IMG/VR virus record: IMGVR_UViG_3300030330_004210
Coordinates: 32,001 to 96,000 of that record
Source: a virus
Lineage: Duplodnaviria; Caudoviricetes
DNA length: 64,000 bases
Strand: one strand, 5' to 3'
Below, in pieces: positions 59,368-64,000 of this stretch (its first letter is position 1; the number at the start of each line of letters is the position of its first letter). Under the pieces are notes generated by a model that was not told the DNA's origin, made no database searches, and saw only the letters and a program-made list of their open reading frames with translations. The translations under genes were made by a program, and so were the position numbers.

Positions 59368-61151
59368 TACTTAATTGACCCCCTAATATCTGTTCTAGGA
59401 TACTTAAGCTCCATACACACATTTTGAGGGACATTTAAGTATCTACCATCTGCCGACATATTTGGCTTAAACGGATATGTGGAATCAGAGTAAAGACCGC
59501 CCTCTTTGTTTTCAAACGCAACCTCGTATGTGTCAACTACGCCATCAAGCTTGTTTAGCAAGCTATACACATCTGTCACATACAGGGATTCTCCAAAATA
59601 TCGTGGCTGGCTATAGAATTGCGAAATGGCTCGGGTGCAGCTTTCTAGAACTTCAAACTTGTTAAAATCTGGATCTGCAATGATCGCAAACTTCACACCG
59701 AAATTTACAATCCTACCATCTATAATGTCAACCGTATCGTGAATCATCTTTGAGCGCCCAAGCCAAACTTTAAGATTTTCTTTTAGTGGCACCGAGGCTT
59801 GCGTCAGAGTTCCGTTTTGATTTTCTGACAACACATACATATTCAGATTTCTCTTGAAAGAATCGCTGTCCTTCATCACGCCACATCTCTTTATCGAACC
59901 AAACTTCGGCGGCATCGAGTACGCCATGCTCTCATAATCCAACTTGGTAACCGCCCTGTTTTGTGTTGCAAAGTGATCAATAGCTCTTCTCCTGATTTCA
60001 TCAGAGGACGGATCAGAGATCCCGCCAACAATAGGCTCAGGATTATTACATTCAATCGAAGCCACAACATCATTTCTGGTCGATAGAGATATTTTTGAAA
60101 GATCACTAAACTCGGTGACCGGTCTTGTAACAGTTCTTACAGTTTGTGCAGCAGAGTTCACGTTATTGACTGTATTTACTCTGTATGTGATAGTCAGCGT
60201 TGTATTGCCGGGTGCAACACCAAACTTATCTGTATCCAACAATTTAGATGGATCAAAAGACTTATCTTCAACAAAATCTCTGCCTGTCATGCTTAATACA
60301 AGATTTGTTGGATCTGCAACGGAGTCCGACGTGATCTCGGAGTCAGAACCAAAACCAAACTGCAAATAAACCCTAGTGCCATCTTGTTCCACAACAAAGC
60401 GCCTTGGCACAGAAACCGGCTTTAGTGTAGACGCTAAATTACTCTCGTGGTTGGCGATCTCTTTGTAAATAACATTTTGCGAAAGGTAATCAACCTCAAC
60501 ATACTCGTGACCTTGGGCGTCAACAACCGAAACGATCTCCGATACCCTACGATTGTCAAGAAAAACTCTTCTAAATCTCTGAAAAGATCCAATTGTTTTT
60601 CTCTCAACAATAAATCTGCCTGATACAACCTTTCCTGATGCCTTAACAGCATAGCTGGTCGGGACGCCAGTTGTCTCATTTACTCTGGCTGCTACAACTG
60701 CATTTGAATTGTCTGCGAAGTCAATATTTTCTGCAAGCAGATAGGCTGCTCCAGAAGTGGAGTTAATTTCTGTGCCGACCTTAAGTATAGGAAGGTAGCT
60801 TGTGTCAGGTCCAAGACCACTAGTGTTCGCCGGGACTGTTATAAAGAAGTCGCAAATACCAGTGGAAGCCGGGGTTCCCCTAAACTTATAGCCCATCTGC
60901 TTAGAGTGGCGAATGATATTTTTTCTTTCTGTCGCTGTGTCGAAAAAGGATTCGTTAGCTTGATAGTCAAGATAAAAAGATAAGTTATCGCCGACATATG
61001 AAACCATATCCAGCATAAGCGCACCGAAAGAAGCTTGGTTAAAATCTCTAAACGTCTCTGGATAATATCTTTTTGCGTACTGGACCAACTCATCCTTGAT
61101 GGAGTCAAAGTCTCTCGCCGTATAGTTGATAGGTGTCTTTCTTTTTGCCAT
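59367..61151 (-). CDS. gp6: Baseplate wedge protein (gp6 / baseplate J-like)
   Basis: NYTARDFDSIK, LSFYLDYQANESF, LQFGFG, QNRAVTKLDY. Confidence 0.9.
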   Translation of the reverse strand: MAKRKTPINYTARDFDSIKDELVQYAKRYYPETFRDFNQASFGALMLDMVSYVGDNLSFYLDYQANESFFDTATERKNIIRHSKQMGYKFRGTPASTGICDFFITVPANTSGLGPDTSYLPILKVGTEINSTSGAAYLLAENIDFADNSNAVVAARVNETTGVPTSYAVKASGKVVSGRFIVERKTIGSFQRFRRVFLDNRRVSEIVSVVDAQGHEYVEVDYLSQNVIYKEIANHESNLASTLKPVSVPRRFVVEQDGTRVYLQFGFGSDSEITSDSVADPTNLVLSMTGRDFVEDKSFDPSKLLDTDKFGVAPGNTTLTITYRVNTVNNVNSAAQTVRTVTRPVTEFSDLSKISLSTRNDVVASIECNNPEPIVGGISDPSSDEIRRRAIDHFATQNRAVTKLDYESMAYSMPPKFGSIKRCGVMKDSDSFKRNLNMYVLSENQNGTLTQASVPLKENLKVWLGRSKMIHDTVDIIDGRIVNFGVKFAIIADPDFNKFEVLESCTRAISQFYSQPRYFGESLYVTDVYSLLNKLDGVVDTYEVAFENKEGGLYSDSTYPFKPNMSADGRYLNVPQNVCMELKYPRTDIRGSIK

Positions 61152-61205
61152 TTATAAACTACCTCTGTTTGTAATTAGTTGATTAGCTAGAATTCGTCAT
61201 TCCCG

Positions 61206-61607
61206 CTAAGCAGAAAAGGGCAATGTTAAGACGGCTCCGATATTTAGTGGAACAATCTGATACTTTATCTCTATTGATAAAAAGTTGTCCGACATCGAAG
61301 AGCCAACCAAAGCTGTGCCATCTCCGTTAAAATTCACTTCACGAATGTTTATATATGGTATGTAGCGTGCCACTTGCTGTCTGATTCTAGATTCAATATC
61401 ACTTAGCGTCGCCGGGGTGTATTGCCAGAATAGATAATTTCTTATGCCCACGCCAAACTTGTTGTCCATAATCCTTTCGCCGGGTGAAGTTAAAACAAGA
61501 TTTTTTAAATTCTGAGATGCCACGGACTCCATTGTTTTCAAGAGAGCATAAGGACCATCTTCTGTAGTGGTATGTAGGGGCAACGCTGCTCCGTATCCTA
61601 TAGCCAT
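61206..61607 (-). CDS. gp25: Baseplate wedge / sheath initiator (gp25-like)
   Basis: QNLKNLVLTSPGERIMDNKFGVGIRNYLF. Confidence 0.92.
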   Translation of the reverse strand: MAIGYGAALPLHTTTEDGPYALLKTMESVASQNLKNLVLTSPGERIMDNKFGVGIRNYLFWQYTPATLSDIESRIRQQVARYIPYINIREVNFNGDGTALVGSSMSDNFLSIEIKYQIVPLNIGAVLTLPFSA

Positions 61608-61623
61608 TTTTTATATTCTCCTT

Positions 61624-64000
61624 TTACAAACAAAGTTTTCCGTTCTTGTCAGTCGGCTTTCTAATCTTTCTTCGCCACCTAAACCACCTAATCCCCGGAT
61701 TATTATTTGGTTTTGGCTTTTTCTGTCTTGTAATTTCTTGTTTACGAGTTTTACTTTCCTCATCTTCATAAGTAGGGTCGTTAGAGTGATAAAAGCGCAT
61801 GAAAGCTCTTTTTGTTTCTCTCTTGCTTTTCTCAAAGCTCTCTTGATTCCAAGATCTAAACCCAGAATTAAAACCAATCCATTTTCCGCCATCTTGAACC
61901 CAGCCATCTTGAACCCATCCGATTGATGGCAGGAAGTTGTTTATAGTGTATATGGCGAGGCATGAAATCATTTTCTTGGTTGGAATAGCATGCTTGAACA
62001 TTACCTCAAACTCTCCAGATCTGCCTATCTCATCAAGTAAGCACTGCTGGTTATCCTCGACAACAGTATCAATAGTATTGATAAACTCTTGTAAGGTTTG
62101 GGACAAGTCCAGTTCCATTTCGGCTGATGCTATAGGCACCATATACATATAGTCATTGTCTGGCTCATAAAGCGAGTCTGAATCATACTCATCCCGATTA
62201 ACAGGCACCTTAAGTGTCTTATTCAGCAGTCCAATATCCTCCAAGCCCTCTGTGGCTTGCTCAAAATCTAAAAGGAAACTGGTAACATTGTCGTCACCTC
62301 CCCATTCTGCATCCCCTCTTTTAGAGGCAGAAGATGCAAAGACTAGTCGGAAACCAAGTCTTCCTCCAGAAAAACTTTCTGACATTGGCAACGGCAACTT
62401 ATCGCCCTGACCAAATGCCCAATCATTAAATGCGTCGATACTAACAACACCCTTTAGATGATCATCAATATCTGCTGGGTAATCTTCAAAAGAAATATAC
62501 TTCTCTAACCTAAAGGGGTGATTGCCTATTCCACTCTTGTCTGTTCCGCCTAAATAAGGGTAAACGGTATTTTCATGTCTAGCAATCAAGTCTTGCTCAT
62601 AGACATTAGATTCTTCCTCTAAACCATTCCAAACATCTGGAATGCCCGACTCAACAGACCCACGGATAAACGCCGGGGAGTTAAAAAGTATAGAATGAAT
62701 GTTGGCAACCGGGGCTCCATCAGGATAGACATTTTCTCCGAATTGCTTGAACATAGCCTTTATCTCTTTCAACACAAAATGGCTTAACAGAGTTCTTATT
62801 CCTGCTGTCCACTCTCCTCTTTCTTCTAAATCGAGCGCTTCTTGGACAATTTCGCCAAGCTCTCTGTTGTAGACGGCTTTAGCAAAGCCTCCCCTGACCC
62901 TGATTTGATTATCTAGCTGGTAAGAGTTTAGGTTGTTTAGCGCATCTTGTTCATCACTTGTTGGCTCTATCATCCCAAGATCTACTTGTCTTCCATACAT
63001 TTGAACAACTTGCTCCATAAAGAAGTGATAGAACTTTTTGGATGGCAGACCCCAAACACCCAGCTTGGCTAAATCATTATCCATGTAACTTATAATATAA
63101 GTCGAAAGAATCTCGTCATAACAGTCCTCTCCATAAACAGAGAAGATAGCCGTTCCCCGCAACATTGCTTCGATTATATAGATCCTTATCATCGCGATCA
63201 TTGTAGAGTCAACGCCAGCAGCACCGCCTCGATTAAAGATAGCGTTGAACGGTTGCGGGTCCGCACAGTGAGCACCCGGTCTCATAAAGAGTCGTTTGTC
63301 ATCTTCATACTTGTTCATCAGGTCGCTATACACGTCTTTTAGATCTTCAAACTTACAAATTGGCTCTCTTGGCTCAGAGCCATCCAGAGGATCACATCCA
63401 TCAGGATCAGGAACAAGCCGGTCTGTCATACCAAGCCACCCATTTCTTTCTGGGTTTCTCTCAAACCAAGGCGGATTCTTAAAAGTTCCCCCAAACCTAT
63501 TTAATATTTCTCCCTGTATAATTGGTCCCATATCTTCGGCGGGATCTGTTGCCTCTCCATAGCTTGCCTCAACTTGTTCTTCATCAACTGTTTTTCTAAA
63601 GTATTCTCTGTTGTTGTTGAAAAAGGTTCTATCTAGCTCTTCGCCACCCATGAAAACTTTTTCTACTTGCTGGCTCGTATCGTAACCAAACTGAAAAGAG
63701 TTTGGCGCAGGATCTAAAGTTTTATCTTTGTTGCTTGCCATAAGAAGTGTAAACTTTCTCATGTAAACATCACATAGATAGCCCCACTGATTTTGCAAGA
63801 CTTCTTCTAAATCCCCAACATTTGAAGCACCGTAATCTTTTAGCTTACCAGAAATAAGATGACTAAATAGCCTTGTTGGCAGACCCTTGTCCCCAACTTG
63901 CGGCTCAGGGATATCTAATGAATCTATTACGGCTGCTGCTTCGTCTGATATATTTGCTTTAACTGTGTAATTTGCTATTAATTCTTCATCATTGCCCTCA
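61624..64000 (-). CDS. Large hypothetical virion protein, 3' part (the frame is open to the window edge)
   Basis: The track ORF begins at TTG 63798, but no in-frame stop occurs up to 64000; more than 790 aa. Confidence 0.7.
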   Translation of the reverse strand, partial: EGNDEELIANYTVKANISDEAAAVIDSLDIPEPQVGDKGLPTRLFSHLISGKLKDYGASNVGDLEEVLQNQWGYLCDVYMRKFTLLMASNKDKTLDPAPNSFQFGYDTSQQVEKVFMGGEELDRTFFNNNREYFRKTVDEEQVEASYGEATDPAEDMGPIIQGEILNRFGGTFKNPPWFERNPERNGWLGMTDRLVPDPDGCDPLDGSEPREPICKFEDLKDVYSDLMNKYEDDKRLFMRPGAHCADPQPFNAIFNRGGAAGVDSTMIAMIRIYIIEAMLRGTAIFSVYGEDCYDEILSTYIISYMDNDLAKLGVWGLPSKKFYHFFMEQVVQMYGRQVDLGMIEPTSDEQDALNNLNSYQLDNQIRVRGGFAKAVYNRELGEIVQEALDLEERGEWTAGIRTLLSHFVLKEIKAMFKQFGENVYPDGAPVANIHSILFNSPAFIRGSVESGIPDVWNGLEEESNVYEQDLIARHENTVYPYLGGTDKSGIGNHPFRLEKYISFEDYPADIDDHLKGVVSIDAFNDWAFGQGDKLPLPMSESFSGGRLGFRLVFASSASKRGDAEWGGDDNVTSFLLDFEQATEGLEDIGLLNKTLKVPVNRDEYDSDSLYEPDNDYMYMVPIASAEMELDLSQTLQEFINTIDTVVEDNQQCLLDEIGRSGEFEVMFKHAIPTKKMISCLAIYTINNFLPSIGWVQDGWVQDGGKWIGFNSGFRSWNQESFEKSKRETKRAFMRFYHSNDPTYEDEESKTRKQEITRQKKPKPNNNPGIRWFRWRRKIRKPTDKNGKLCL

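Noticed and set aside
61611-61907. 98-aa overlapping minus-strand ORF
   Set aside because: It is an out-of-frame overlap with the end of the large gene, with no motif support.
1-64000. Alternative genetic code (TAG or TGA reassigned), as in some large phages
   Set aside because: Genes are full length in code 11, and TAG/TGA stops abut or overlap the next start.
1-64000. tRNA genes, CRISPR arrays, introns, inteins, diversity-generating retroelements
   Set aside because: Intergenic gaps are short. I saw no cloverleaf, spaced repeats, reverse transcriptase or intein motifs, and terminase and primase are of normal length. This was by eye only.

Overview
The window is 64 kb of a large, probably uncultured, T4-superfamily-like myovirus, with essentially all genes on the minus strand. 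Read in transcription order (right to left) it contains: a baseplate and receptor-binding block (gp25-like, gp6-like, a 3071-aa gp7/gpI-like LamG protein and several paralogous fibre-attachment-like proteins); a DNA-metabolism island (RuvC-like resolvase, primase, Mre11-Rad50/SbcD-SbcC fusion); a holin/spanin-like cassette; terminase, portal and prohead protease; putative internal head proteins; ribosomal protein bS21; scaffold and major capsid; neck, sheath and tube; a hub chaperone; tape measure; baseplate hub; and the 5' part of a compact PolA-like gene. The ORF track misses four coding regions that I read by hand: the PolA-like gene (1-691), a start-less gp51-like frame probably reached by frameshifting (8849-9070), a 24-aa Cys-Cys peptide followed by a SECIS-like hairpin (24565-24639) and a 54-aa ORF (31836-32000). 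The most interesting signals are: (1) a [ST]-[GA]-[ST] tripeptide strongly enriched in outer virion proteins, possibly a modification sequon; (2) the CxxC membrane protein / Cys-Cys peptide / hairpin unit inside the head module; (3) two promoter classes, an ACTAWTTA motif before structural genes and sigma70-type promoters before replication genes; (4) protease-processed head proteins with membrane segments; (5) bS21 in a phage that uses Shine-Dalgarno sites. All assignments come from reading motifs and gene order by eye; no searches were run.
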